64,000 bases of DNA from Centroscyllium fabricii (lineage: Eukaryota), in NCBI GenBank assembly GCA_051313645.2, contig JBNRSN020000001.1:544732001-544796000 (forward strand), in the 5' to 3' direction. The position numbers were made by a program, and so were the translations under genes. Below, piece after piece: positions 13,441-25,228 of this stretch; the first letter of the stretch is position 1, and each line of letters starts with the position of its first letter. The notes under the pieces are model-generated. The model was not told where the DNA came from. It was given only the letters and a program-made list of their open reading frames with translations, and did not search any database.

Positions 13441-13864
13441 CTGTAGCGCCAGCAAGGCCTAGGAACCACACGTGAGCCAGAGCTAGAGAAATCACAACTT
13501 TAATACACTAGAGCTAAACAAGAAAGAGAGTGAACCACTCGCAACAAGCATATTTAAACAGTCCCGCGGTTGGTGACGTCATCGCGTCGGCAGACGTGGT
13601 GACGTCGTCGCATCACCCGGATGAGCGGGGCTCTGCTCCGCGGAGTTCCCGTGGCGGATTCGGTGTCCCAGTGGGCGTGCCGCCACAACACAGTGGTTTA
13701 CCACAGACTCTTTCTTCTTTTTGTATATATTTACCCCAATGTACATTTGAAAAGCCAGTGTTCTTTGACCACCAGCAAGTTCCTCATCTGCACCTTACTT
13801 TTCACACTGCGTATAATGTATTATTGTGTTGCCATAACGAAACCATGTGCAACTTAGTCTGTCC

Positions 13865-15881
13865 TGTGGCGACACGCCCACCTGCAGCATCGAATCCGCC
13901 TCAGGAACGCTGCAAGACGGCCCCGCCCGCCGGGCGGCGCGCTGACATCGCCGGCATCCCCGACGTGATGACGTCACCAGGTGGTCAACCGGCAGTGACG
14001 TCATCACGTCCGGGGTGGTGGCGTTGTTGAGGCGGCGGTAGTCTCCGCAGGGGCGCCAGCCGGCGTCGGGTTTGGGGGCGATGTGGAGGGGGGAGGCCCA
14101 GGGGCTGCTGGAGCGGCGGATTATGCCGAGCTGTTCCATGATGTGGAACTTGGCGCGCGCGATCTCCAGCTTGGCTGGGTCCAGCCTGCGTGCGTGGGCA
14201 TGGACTGGGGGGCCTGTGGTGGTGATGTGGTGCTCAACGCCGTGCTTGGCGGAGCGGGCTGTGAAGGTGGGATTGGTGAGGGCCGGGAACTCGGCGAGCA
14301 GCGTGGCGTACGTGTCGGAGTTCCGGGCTCGGCAGTGGGCTGCTGCGTGGGTCTGGTGTGCTGGGCCTGTGGAGCAAGGGATGGTCGACATGAGGTGGAT
14401 GTCGACCAGACGGCGCCGGGTAACGTCGACTAGGAGCCCGTGGGCGCACAGAAAGTCGGCCCCAAGTAGGGGTATTTTAACCTGCGCGGTGATGAAGTCC
14501 CACATGTACCTGTGGCCTGCTAGCTTAATGGTAAGCTGGCGGGTGCCGAACGTGAGTATCTCGGAGCCGTTTGTGGCTTCGAGTGGTGGGCCTTGGGTGC
14601 CTTGCTTGGATTCTGTGGGATAGGCTGGCACAATGCTGTGCTGCGCGCCTGTGTCGCAGAGGAAGCGGAGGCCTGAGACACTGTCTGTTACGAAGAGCAG
14701 TGCTCCGGAGCGGCCGACGCACATGGTGGGGCCTGGGCTGGTTTGGGGTTTGAAGGTGCAGGGCTGGACGCAGCGCTGCGCTTTGGCCTCAAACCTGGTG
14801 TGGTAGTAGCACCAGCCGGGGCCCGTGGCGCGCGGTTTTTTGTGTGTCCGCGCAGCTCTGAGTTGGGGCCGGGGTTGCGTGTAGTGCTGCTCTTGTTGGG
14901 CGGCAGCGTTACGGTGCATGGTGGCGCGGGTGCGCTCGGCCTTAATGAGCTTGTCTGCCTCCTGAGCTAGCTGCCTGTTTGAGAGGTGCTCCAAGACCGT
15001 CAGTGTCGGTTTGATGGCGGGGGGCAGCTTAAGGAGGAACAGGGCGCGCTTAAGGGTGGCCGGGTCGCGATTGAGCGCCTCGAACTGGGCCCACAAGTCG
15101 GTGGGGTCTGCGTCTCCCAGGTCGGGGAGGTTAATGACCTGGCAATCGCGCTCGAAAATGGTTGGGGTAAATTTTTCAAGCAGCGCGGCCTTTAGCGATT
15201 CGTACCTGCCAGCAGTAGTATCTTGCTCGATGGTGTCCCACATTCTGTCGATGGTGGACTGTGCAAGGGCTGCGAAGAGCAGGCTGTAGCGGTCGTCTCC
15301 CTGCACGCCATAGATGCGGAAGGTGTTCTCCGTGTTGAGGAACCAAGCCACTGGACGGAGCTCCCAGAACTGCGGTAGGGCTGGGATCTGGTGGTAGGGT
15401 TGGCCCCGTCTGCTTTGGCGTGCTGGGTCGTTCCCTGCTGGCATGGTGATTGCGATTCCATTGAGGCAGCTTGGCCCTCAGTCCTGCAGCGACTGCTTCA
15501 TTGTTCCCTTGAGAATCGTCCCAAGTATCGAGGTCACCACTGTAGAGGCATGCAGGGCCGAAGGACCACACTGGACACAGAGGATTCGGAAGATTAACGT
15601 TTAATGTAGTTACAGCTAGGGCCAGGTGGGAAAGAGAGTGAACCACCTGGCGCTCAGGTATTTAAAGGTCCCGCGGTAGGTGACGTCACTGCCGGTTGAC
15701 CACCTGGTGACGTCATCACGTCGGGGATGCCGGCGACGTCAGCGCGCCGCCCGGCGGGCGGGGCCGTCTTGCAGCATTCCTGAGGCGGATTCGATGCTGC
15801 AGGTGGGCGTGTCGCCACAAAACGTTAATCTTCCGAATCCTCTGTGTCCAGTGTGGTCCTTCGGCCCTGCATGCCTCTACA
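13865..15881. mobile_element. Rearranged CsRn1-like locus: + strand LTR halves enclosing an inverted LTR-gag-PR-partial RT segment
   Basis: 13865-14003 and 15820-15881 are inverted copies of the two ends of LTR 15541-15819. Outer TSD GTCC. PBS TGGTGACCTCGA at 15528-15539 (-). Confidence 0.88.
14008..15444 (-). pseudogene. CsRn1-like gag-protease-partial RT, truncated at NNATTPD
   Basis: ORF 13795-15444 has CYYHTRF..CVQPC and LCDTGA, then runs into LTR sequence before the YxDD motif. Confidence 0.88.
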
Positions 15882-15885
15882 GTCC

Positions 15886-16497
15886 CACATAAATACTGTG
15901 GCAACAAGAGCAGGTCAGGGGTTAGGTACTCTGCGGCGAGTGTCTCGCCTCCTGACTCCCCAAAGCCTTTCCACCATCTGCAAGGCACAAGGCAGGAGTG
16001 TGATGGAATACTCTCCACTTGCCTGGACGAGTGCAGCTCCAACACCACTCAAGAAGCTCGACGCCATCCAGGACAAAGCAGCCTGCTTGATTGGCACCCC
16101 ATCCACCACCTTAAACATTCACTCGCTCCGCCACCGGCGTACCGTGGCTGCAGTGTGTACCGTCTACAAGATGCACTGCAGCAACTCGCCAAGGCTTCTT
16201 CGACAGCACCTCCCAAACCCGCAACCTCTTCCACCTAGAAGGACAAGGGCAGCAGGCGCATGGGAACGCCACCACCTCCAAGTTCCCCTCCAAGTCACAC
16301 ACCATCCTGACTTAGAACTATATCGCCGATCCTTCATCGTCGCTGGGACAAAGTCCTGGAACTCCCTCCCTAACAGCACTGCAGCGGTTCAAGAAGATGG
16401 CTCACCTCCACCTTTTCAAGGGCAACTGGGGATGGGTAATAAATGTTGGCCTTGCCAGCGACACCCACATCCCATAAAAGCGAATGTAAAAAATTAA
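15886..16497 (+). mobile_element. Non-LTR retrotransposon 3' end (CR1/L2-group LINE family distinct from HER1)
   Basis: Post-RT ORF2 tail (HINTVATRAGQ..RSVMEYSPLAW..LDAIQDKAA), 3' UTR and A-rich end. Same family as 17170-20318 and 44236-45130. Confidence 0.8.
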
Positions 16498-16745
16498 AAA
16501 AAGCCAAAGTGTAATTTTAAACAGACACATCCTTGGATCAATTACAGGTTAATTGTTGTTGGTGAGGGAACTTCTCAGACTTGTAAATTTCTGCCTCCAG
16601 GTCAGAAGAAACCAGCATGTAATGACTGTTTGATCTTTTATAAAAAAAAATACCTTTGACACATTGAAATATGGCATCTTAAATAGTACTTCTAAAATAT
16701 GATAGGCAACTACTAGGCATGAGACTTATTTATATAATATTGGTA

Positions 16746-17040
16746 CAGGTTGGGCACCATTAATCCGGCACCCGAAAAACCGGCAGCTTCAGACGTCCGG
16801 CACAGATTTCCTCCAGTGGTCGGCGCATGCACAAAATGGCCGCCATGCTTGGCTGCGCATGCCCGGGGCTTCCCGAACGATGAGTGCATGCGCAGACCAT
16901 AGAAAATGGCCACCGGCCTTTCGCGGTGGACATTTTGAATGGTCTGCGCATGCGCTCGCCGAAGCTTCAATCGTTTGGAGTTTTCACAAATTTGGCATAG
17001 TCCTGGTCCCGACCGTGCCGGATTAACGGTGCTCAACCTG
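16746..17040. mobile_element. Tigger/pogo-like MITE (family of 6141-6632)
   Basis: TIRs caggttgggcaccattaatccggca / tgccggattaacggtgctcaacctg; TA TSD. Confidence 0.85.
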
Positions 17041-18298
17041 TATTGCACAAATTTAATGATATATAATTGAATAGTGACTTGGACCACAGGGTGCAATGCG
17101 CCAGTAACCCTGTGGCTTTGGTCATACAGTCTGACTGACAGTCCTTGAGGTAAATGAACATGTTGCATCCCTTTTTTATTCGTTCATGGAATGTGGGCAT
17201 CGCTGGCAAGGCCGGCATTTATTGCCCATCTCTGGTTACCCTTGAGAAGGTGGTTGTGAGCCTCCTTCTTGAACCGCTGGAGTCCGTGTGGTGAACGCAC
17301 TCCCACAGGGCTGTTAAGGAGGGAGTTCCAGTATCTTGACCCAGCGACGATGAAGGATCGGCGATATACTTCCAAGCCAGGATAGTGTGTGACTCGGAGA
17401 GGAACTTGGAGGTGGTGGTGTTCCCAGGCACCTGCTGCCCTTGTCCTTCCAGGTGGTAGAGGTCGTGGGTTTGTGTGGTGCTGCTGAAGAAGCCTTGGCG
17501 AGTTGCTGCAGTGCATCTTGTAGATGGTACACACTGCAGCCACAGTGCACCGGTGGTGAAGGGAGTGAATGTTTAAGGTGGTGGATGGGGTGCCAATCAA
17601 GCGGGCTGCTTTGTCTTGGATGGTGTCGAGCTTCTTGAGTATTGTTGGATCTGCATTCATCCAGGCATGTGGAGAGTCTTCTATCACACTCCTTACCTGT
17701 GCCTTGTCGATGGTGGAAAGGCTTTGGGGAGTCAGGAGGTGAGATACATGCCACAGAATAACCAGCCTCTGACCTGCTCTTGTTGCTATAGTATTTATGT
17801 GGCTGGTCCAGTTAAGTTCTGGTCAATGGTGACCCCCAGGATATTGATGGTGGGAAATTCGGTGATGGTAATGCCGTTGAATGTCAAAAGGTGGTGGTTA
17901 GTTCTCGCTTGTTAGTGATAGTCATTGCCTGCCACTTGTGTGGTGCGAATGTTACCTGCCACTTATCAGCCCAAGCCTGAATGATGTCCAGGTCTTGCCG
18001 CATGCGGGCATGGACTGCTTCATTATCTGTGGAGTTGTGAATGGCACTGAACACACTGCAGTCATCAGCGAACATCCCCATTTCTGACCTTATATTGGAG
18101 GGAAGGTCATTGATGAAGCAGCTGAAGATGGTTGGGCCTGGGACACTGCCCTGAGGAACTCCTGCAGTGATGTCCTGAGGCTGTGATGATTGACTTCCAA
18201 ACACCACAAAAATCTTCCTCTGTGCTAGGTATGACTCCACCCAGTGGAGAGTTTTCCCCCCCGTTTCCCATTGACTTCAGTTTTACTAGGGCTCCTTG

Positions 18299-19086
18299 AT
18301 GCAGTTGTACAGGGTATTGGTGAGACCACACCTGGAATACTGCGTGCAGTTCTGGTGTCCCTATTTAAGAAAGGACATACTTGCTCTCGAGGCAGTGCAG
18401 AGAAGGTTCACTAGGTTAATTCCGGGGATGAGGGGGCTAACATATGACGAGAGGCTGAGTGGATTGGGCCTCTACTCATTGGAGTTCAGAAGAATGAGAG
18501 GCGATCCTATTGAAATATATAAGATTGTGAGAGGGCTTGATCGGGTGGATGCGGTGAGGATGTTCCCAATGGTGGGTGAGACTAGGACTAGGGGGCATAA
18601 TCTTAAAATAAGGGGCTCCCATTTCAAAACTGAGATGAGGGGGAACTTCTTTACTCAGAGGGTGGAGGGGCTGTGGATATTGCTGCCCCAGAGAGCTGTA
18701 GAAGCTACTACGTTGAATAAATTTAAAACTGAGATAGACAGTTTCCTGGAATTAAAGGGAATTAGGGGTTATGGTGAACGGGCTGGTAAGTGGATGTGAG
18801 GCTAGGTTCAGATCGGCCATGTGATCTCCTGGACCAGTTTTCGATCGCCTAGATGGGTCGGAGAGGAATTTTCCTGATTTTTTTTTCTCCCAAATTGGCT
18901 ACTGGTTTTTTAAAATCTGGTTTTTCACCTCTCCCAGGTGATCACATTGGTCTGGGTGGGGTGGAGAGTAAAAATAAAATTGAGGTTAGGATCAGATCAG
19001 CCATGATCTTGTTGAATGGCGGAGCAGGCTCGAGGGGCCGATTGGCCTACTCCTGCTCCTATTTCTTATGTTCTTATGTTCTTATG
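18299..19086 (+). mobile_element. 5'-truncated CR1/HER1 LINE
   Basis: LYRVLVRPHLEYCVQFW..LEFRRMRGD; (tatgttct)n tail. The host LINE resumes at 19087. Confidence 0.9.
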
Positions 19087-19929
19087 CCACACCTGGTCAA
19101 ATGCTGCCTTGATGTCAAGGGCATTTGCTTTCACCTCACCTCTGGAATTAAGCTCCTTTGTCCATGTTTGGACCAAGGCTGTAATGAGGTCGGAAACCAA
19201 GTAGTCTTGGCGGAACCCAAACTGGGCATCAGTGAGTAAGTGCCACTTGATAGTACCATCGATGACACCTTCCATCACTTTGCTGATGATTGAGAGTAGA
19301 CTGATGGAGCGGTAATTGGCTGGATTGGATTTGTCCTGGTTTTTGAGGACAGGACATACCTGGGCAACTTTCCACATTGTTGGATAGATGCCAGTGTTTT
19401 AGCTGTACTGGAATAGCTTGGCAAGAGGCGCAACTAGTTCTGGAGCACAAGTCTTCAGCACAACAGCCGAGATGTTGTCCGGGCCCATGGCCTTTGCTGT
19501 ATCCAGTGCACTCAGCCATTTCTTGATATCATGTGGACTGAATCCAATTGGCTGAAGACTGGCTTCTGTGGTGGTGGGGACCTTAGGAGCAGGCCGATAT
19601 GAATCATCTACTCGGCACTTCTGGCTGAAGATGGTTGCAAACGCTTCATCCTTGTCTTTTGCACTCATGTGCTGGGCTCCACCATCATTGAGGATGGGGA
19701 TATTCATGGAGTCTCCCCCTCCCGTTAGTTGTTTAATGGTCCACCACCATTCACGACTGGATGTACAGTACTACAGAGCTTTGAACTGATCCATTGATTG
19801 TGGGATCGCTTAGCTCTGTCTATAGCATGCTGCTTCCACTTTTTAGCATGCATGTAGTCCTGTGTTGCAGCTTCCCCAGGTTTGCACCTCATTTTTAGGT
19901 GTGCCTGACGCTGCTCCTGGCATGCTCTT

Positions 19930-20201
19930 TGATGCACAATCAATTACTCCAGTCGATGGTGAGATGTAATCGAGGCTTTTATTCACATAGAAGAGGATAC
20001 AGGTCCAACGATCTTCCAAGCCAAAGTGAGAGCACTCAGGTGTGCTCTCACTTTTATACCCAGTGGGCGGAGCCTGGGGAGGAAGCCGAGGAGCGGAGTC
20101 CTCCCAGGTGGGTCCTCCCTGGCAAGGAGTCGTTACGTACAGTTACAGGGAGGGGACACAAGGGGGAGACATCTATATACAATATACAGTGGTTTACCAC
20201 A
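19930..20201 (-). mobile_element. Solo LTR (Mag-like)
   Basis: TG...CA; TSD CTCTT; minus-strand TATA and AATAAA. Confidence 0.88.
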
Positions 20202-20387
20202 CTCTTCTACACTCCTTATTGAACCAGGGTTGGTCTTCTGGCTTGATGGTATCGGTAGAGTGAGGGATATACTGGGCCATGAGGTTACAGATTGTGGTGG
20301 AATATAGTTCTGCTGCCCGTGTCACTGTGTATCAGAAACTGAAGGGAATTGAAGTCTGGGAGGGAGCAATTTACTCTGCATTGGTAG

Positions 20388-20680
20388 ATATAGAAACATA
20401 GAAGATAGGAGCAGGAGTAGGCCATTTGACCCCTCGAGCCTGTTCTGCCATTTAATGAGATCATGGCTGATCATCCAAATTCAGTACCCTGTCCCTGCTC
20501 TCTCCCCATATCCCTTGATCCCTTTAGCCTTAAGAAATATATCTAACTCCTTCTTGAATATATTGAATAAGTTGGCCTCAATGACATTCTGTGGTAGAGA
20601 ATTCCACAGGTTCACCACTCTCTGGGTGAAGAAATTCCTCCTCATCTCTGTCCTAAATGGCTTACCCCTTATCCTTAGAT
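20388..20680 (-). mobile_element. CR1/HER1 3' end
   Basis: Reverse complement of 63625-63920. Confidence 0.85.
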
Positions 20681-20939
20681 AGCAAAATTGTAGATGTATT
20701 TATCAAAAATTAGCATATAATTTTCTAACATCTAGCCATAGAAGAAAAAATCCCTTATTTATATCAACAAAGGTCGAATTGCAGAACAAAGCATATATAG
20801 GTGGCAGCTTTACTTTTTCTGGCCTTGGTTGAGGTAGAAGTAGCACCTTAAAATTATTGTAATGTGGGTTTGGGATGGGATGCTTTATCCTGCTTCTTAT
20901 ATTTACAAAGAATGCTTGCTTGCTCTTCACCTTTTTAAG

Positions 20940-21059
20940 GGCTGCATCAACTTCTTCAGCCACGTCTCAGTCTGCATGCCTCTGTCCTTGTGCTAAGAGG
21001 GTCTGCCAACATACCGTAGATGAAGTTCCTGAATACACGATGCCTCCATTTAGGATCAG
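20940..21059 (+). CDS. myom2: Myomesin (MYOM2-like) exon, N-terminal head region
   Basis: Pyrimidine tract+AG acceptor, GTATGT donor, 120 nt, phase 2-2. AASTSSATSQSACLCPCAKRVCQHTVDEVPEYTMPPFRIR; the C..CAKRV motif resembles the MYOM2 head. Joins the next exon in frame. Confidence 0.75.
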
Positions 21060-21089
21060 GTATGTCAATACATTTTATTATCATGATGT

Positions 21090-21335
21090 TGATGTGACAA
21101 AAGAGACCTACACATCAATAACTCTAAGAAAAGCTTTAATCAACTATTTACAGAGTTAGAGTTTCACATGCTTACATGGGAAGCATCATCCCAGACTGGA
21201 TAGCAGCAGAACTTATACCACTAGACAGGAAGTGACGTATATACAGGAAGTGACATGTAAAAAGGAAATGATGTCACAGGAAATACATATGCAGAGTTCA
21301 TTAGACTTTCTGCCGGAAGTTTCAATATCACCACA
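21090..21335 (-). mobile_element. Solo LTR 30 bp downstream of an exon donor
   Basis: TG...CA; TSD GATGT; related to 63191-63408; several GGAAGT motifs. Confidence 0.85.
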
Positions 21336-22412
21336 GATGTTATTTGCACCATGCCGACATTGCTTTCACACGCCATGGCTGATTCCCATACGGCACCTGT
21401 CCCTCACCACAGAATGGCTTCGGTTGTGCAATTGCTGCACTCCCGACCCTCACTGAAAGGAAACGCAGATGGTTAAATTGTAGACTCTGAAAATTGGTAG
21501 CGCTGAGCTCTGTGCCTGATTCTCCCTTCGAGAGAGGCCCTGTTCCAGGCGCAGCGTCGCACAATTTCTGGGCTTTACTGTTCAGGCTTAAGTACGGTTG
21601 ATGGTTAGTTGGATCAGAGAGCGCATCGCTCTCCTGGGACTGCACCTCGGTACCTACAGAAGAGGGAGGGAAACGGGGGGCAGCATGCCCTCTGTAAAAG
21701 GATGATTTTGCTTATTTTGGTGGAAAATTATCTGTACCAACTTTAAACTTATTTAATGGTAAACAAGATTTAGCCTACTGGTTTGAAAATAAAATTCTAA
21801 TTCACCTTGATTTACTGAATTAGTTATTTACATGTTTAAAATTCCCTCAAAGGTGCAGAAACTCCCTTGTGTAGAAATTGAGAGAGAGGAGGAGAGGGCG
21901 TTCTAGTGGTATAGTAGCCACAAGCTCTGAAATGGTACATTTTAAGTGGCATAAGTTGGTTTCTCCATGATTTTCCAGTGCATTTTAGGCATGAGTGCCA
22001 GATGACCCCCCCCCCCCCCCCCATAGAGAGTCTTGCCCTACTTTGGCTTTATATTGACTGCATTTCAATTGTAATCAGCTCGAAGCGAACGATAAAAAGT
22101 TCCCAAGTGGCCATCTTGAGTTTGTTAGCAGAACCTGATGAGACAGTTGGGTGGGTGCCAATTGTAAAATGAATCAACGTTTGGATACCATTGGGAATAG
22201 GCATAGTTTATGTGGATGCTGGCAGTACAACTAGCGGTGGCAGCCTCTTGGCTGCCTCGGGCTGGAACCTGTGGCGTAACGACATGTATATGTTAACAGA
22301 ATAATGTCAGGTTGATGTTTTGCTTACAAACAAATGTAGTTTGTGAAAGGCTGTGTTCAAATTGAAACTCGGAAGCAATGATGAAAAGTCGTGTCCGTTT
22401 TGTGATTGACAG

Positions 22413-22551
22413 GAAGGGTGAAGAGCAACAACACAAGGCTAAAGCAAGAACATTTCTGTATGGCACCAAGCTATGGGCGATGGAGGAAGAGATTTCCAGG
22501 CTCAGACAAGCTACCCATGAGCAAGTGGAACTGATGGCTGTCAAGAGGATG
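22413..22551 (+). CDS. myom2: Myomesin (MYOM2-like) exon
   Basis: cag| ... |gtaagt, 139 nt, phase 2-0; KGEEQQHKAKARTFLYGTKLWAMEEEISRLRQATHEQVELMAVKRM. Confidence 0.82.
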
Positions 22552-22652
22552 GTAAGTAATCCGTTTAACCCCTCTGTTGGCAGCCTCGGTTCACAGATTG
22601 TCTGTCTGAGCTGTTTTAATTAATTGTTTTTAATGAAATCTGTTAAAAACAG

Positions 22653-22810
22653 GAAGAGGAAAGGGCAGCTGTGCAGAGACATGTCCGTGAGGATTCCATT
22701 TGCCGTGCTCCTGAATTTCTTGTCCGGTTAAGGTCCCACACAGTTTGGGAGAAGTCCTTTGTAAAATTGTTTTGCACCGTTCAAGGATTTCCAACCCCAT
22801 TAGTCAGATG
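22653..22810 (+). CDS. myom2: Myomesin (MYOM2-like) exon, start of first Ig domain
   Basis: cag| ... |gtaagt, 158 nt, phase 0-2. EEERAAVQRHVREDSICRAPEFLVRLRSHTVWEKSFVKLFCTVQGFPTPLVRW matches the myomesin RAPE.LVRLRSHTVWE...TVQGFPTP motif. Confidence 0.92.
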
Positions 22811-22835
22811 GTAAGTCATGTTGACATTGTGCATT

Positions 22836-23131
22836 GTGTGTGTGTGCGTACGCGAGTGTGTGTGCGCGTGCATACGTGTGTGTGTGCGCGTGCACGTATG
22901 CATGTGTGTGTGCGTGCGCGTGTGTGCGTACGCGAGTGTGTGTGCGCGTGTGTGCGTACGCGTGTGTGTGTGTGCGTGTGTGCGTACGCGAGTGTGTGTG
23001 CGTACGCGAATGTGTGTGCACGTGTGTGCGTACGCATGTGCGTACGCGTGTGTGCGCGTGTGTGTGTGTGCGTACGCGAGTGTGTGTGCGCGCATGTGTG
23101 TGCGTACGCGTGTGTGCGTGCGTGTGTGTGT
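22836..23131. repeat. Compound (TG)n/(CG)n microsatellite
   Basis: About 295 bp of alternating purine-pyrimidine with recurring cgtacgcg. Confidence 0.95.
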
Positions 23132-23534
23132 CATTTAAAAAAACACATCAGCTTACTTTGCTCATCATTTGAATTTGTAATTAAGGTTCAATTCTGCTCA
23201 TTGTTACAAGTGCTGAACTTGATGCACAACGACCATGCCAGAAGCAACTTTTAAAATGAAATTGCATATATACAGTACATGCACACTCTAACTGGCTGGC
23301 TAGGTCGTCATAAGCTGTATTAAAATCCAAAATGCAGACTATTTCAAGATGAAAAGTTGGCAAAATTTGTTTTCTTAAAGCAAATCAGCTCAGTAGGTAA
23401 TATATAAAATACACAAACACCAATAAAAACAGCTGAGCTCCTGCCCTCGGCCACTGCTGCTCTATATGTCTGTAACTCTGTTAGCCGCAGCTCCTGGCTT
23501 AGATTGGGTCCTTAGAAACAGATATTCCTGATGG

Positions 23535-23730
23535 GCCCCGAGTCCCCACAGCAGATACTCATCACGGTCTGAGTCCCCACAGCAGATACTCAACACAGGG
23601 TCCCGAGTCCCCACAGCAGATACTCAACACAGGGTCCCTTGTCCCCACAGCAAATACTCATCACAGGGTCCCGAGTCCCCACAGCAGATACTCATCACAG
23701 GGTCTGAGCCCCACACCAGATACTCAACAA
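23535..23730. repeat. ~34-bp minisatellite, about 6 copies
   Basis: Unit gagtccccacagcagatactca(a/t)cacagggtccc. Confidence 0.85.
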
Positions 23731-24195
23731 AATTCTGCTGCCTGTATCCTAACACACACCAAGTCCCATTCATCAATTATCCCTGCGCTCGCTGACCTAC
23801 ATTGGCCCCCGGTCTGGCAAAGCCTCGATTTTAAAATTCTCATCCTCGCGCTGAAATCTCTTCATGACTGCATTTCTCCCTATCTCTGTAACCTCTTCCA
23901 GCCCTACAACCCTCTGAGATCTCTGCGCTTCTCCGTATCTGCCCTCTTGCGCATCCCCCAGCTCCATCACCGCACTATTGGCGGCTGTGCCTTCAGCTGT
24001 CTAAGCCCCACGCTCTGGAATTCCCTCTCTAAACCTCTCCGCCTCCCTAGCTCTCTCTCTCCTTTAAGACGCTCCTTAAAACTTACCTCTTTGAAGAAGC
24101 GTTTAGCCACCCCTCCTTTGGTGTTCATTTTTGTCTGGTTATGCTCCCGGGACGTGTTACTACGTTAAAAGCGCTGTATGAATGCCAGTTGCTGC
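23731..24195 (+). mobile_element. L2-type LINE 3' end
   Basis: Decayed SAA.ILT.TKS..I.P.LADLHW.PV..I.FKIL and GGCAFS..PTLWNSL motifs. Confidence 0.75.
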
Positions 24196-24477
24196 TGTTA
24201 TGTGGTGCTTCAGATAAATTATTGACAGCCACTCATAAGTCCATGTAATTGCAGACTGTACTCTCCTTCCTGACACCAATAACATTAGTAAATTGAGGAA
24301 ATTGATTATAAAGTTAAAAAATATCATCCAATTCCTTCAGGTTTCTTGAATTGACTTATTCCAAAAAACAACCCATCTGCCATCTACATCTCCAACACAC
24401 AGCGGTCACACTGGTGCACACGGACTCTGCAATCTCCCTCACAGACAGTGTTAATAATAATGCTAATAAATAATATT

Positions 24478-25228
24478 GGCCCAGAAATTCCCATCATCGC
24501 ATATCGGGTTTAAGCTCTGGTGTGAGCGCACCAGAGCTTAAACCCGCAGGAAGCTTCAGGCTTTCCTGTGCCACCCAGCGGTGGGGGGGGGGGGGGGGTC
24601 AGTGCTTCCTGTGAGGTCCACCGCAGGAAGCTGCGAACTACAGGACCACCCAGACTTTCCACTGTTTTTTAAAACTTTTTCTACGGAGCAAGAGGAGAAA
24701 AATCAACGCTGGGAAAAAGCAGTCGTTAACACCCGTTTTTATCTGGTAAGTGTATATTTTATTAATTTTAATTGTTGTTTTTTCAGGTTTTTAATTGTTG
24801 ATAACTTTAAAGACAGGTAAGTATATTTTTAGACCTGTTGGAAGTGAAAAAAAAATTCTGCAAATTTTTATTTTTTCTTTAAAATAGGTTATTTGTGTTA
24901 GTTGGGGTAATGTTTAAAAAATGTGGTGTTTGTAAAATTTTATTTTTGTGTTAAGGTGTCTTTTGAGATTCTCCCTTTTCAAAACTCGCACAGATTTCTC
25001 TGTGGATGTTTTGAACGGAGAATTGCTTCCACTGATTGGCTCCCTGCCAATCAGCTGGTCTCAAAAGCCACTTCGCACTAATTACGGCATTCAGAACTCA
25101 CACGGAGCTTTGACAGGCAAGGCTAATGGGAATTTCTCAGTGCAAAAAAGCAAAACTGAATATGGGCAATTAAAGTGCGTTAAGCAACACTGCACCCGCA
25201 TGAAAGGCTCCACTGCAATTTCTGGGCC
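24478..25228. mobile_element. Harbinger-like MITE
   Basis: TIR GGCCCAGAAATT; flanks ATT/AAT; near-identical copy at 45739-46492. Confidence 0.85.

Larger units (their letters stand above)
9235..13687 (-). mobile_element. Full-length, young CsRn1-like Ty3/Gypsy LTR retrotransposon
   Basis: 246-bp LTRs 9235-9480 and 13442-13687 (2 differences seen), 4-bp TSD ACAC, tRNA-Trp PBS, purine tract next to the 3' LTR. Confidence 0.95.
8970..13705 (-). mobile_element. Solo LTR (Mag-like family) in two pieces, 8970-9234 and 13692-13705, split by a CsRn1-like element
   Basis: TG...CA ends; 5-bp TSD GACTC (8965-8969 / 13706-13710); ends in agtggtttaccaca like the LTRs at 19930 and 49243. Confidence 0.85.
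17170..20318 (-). mobile_element. Decayed LINE (RT), interrupted by a CR1 and a solo LTR
   Basis: ORF fragments NYRSISLLS..KVME, QFGFR, LDIKAAFDQVWH, GVPQGSV.GP, MFADD. Confidence 0.87.

Noticed and set aside
20736-20800. Possible first coding exon of myomesin (IPYLYQQR)
   Set aside because: In-frame stop, no ATG and no good donor. The upstream exon and the exon after 38769 were not found and probably lie outside the window.
22745-23254. Cys/Val- and His/Thr-rich ORFs
   Set aside because: Translations of the TG/CG microsatellite.
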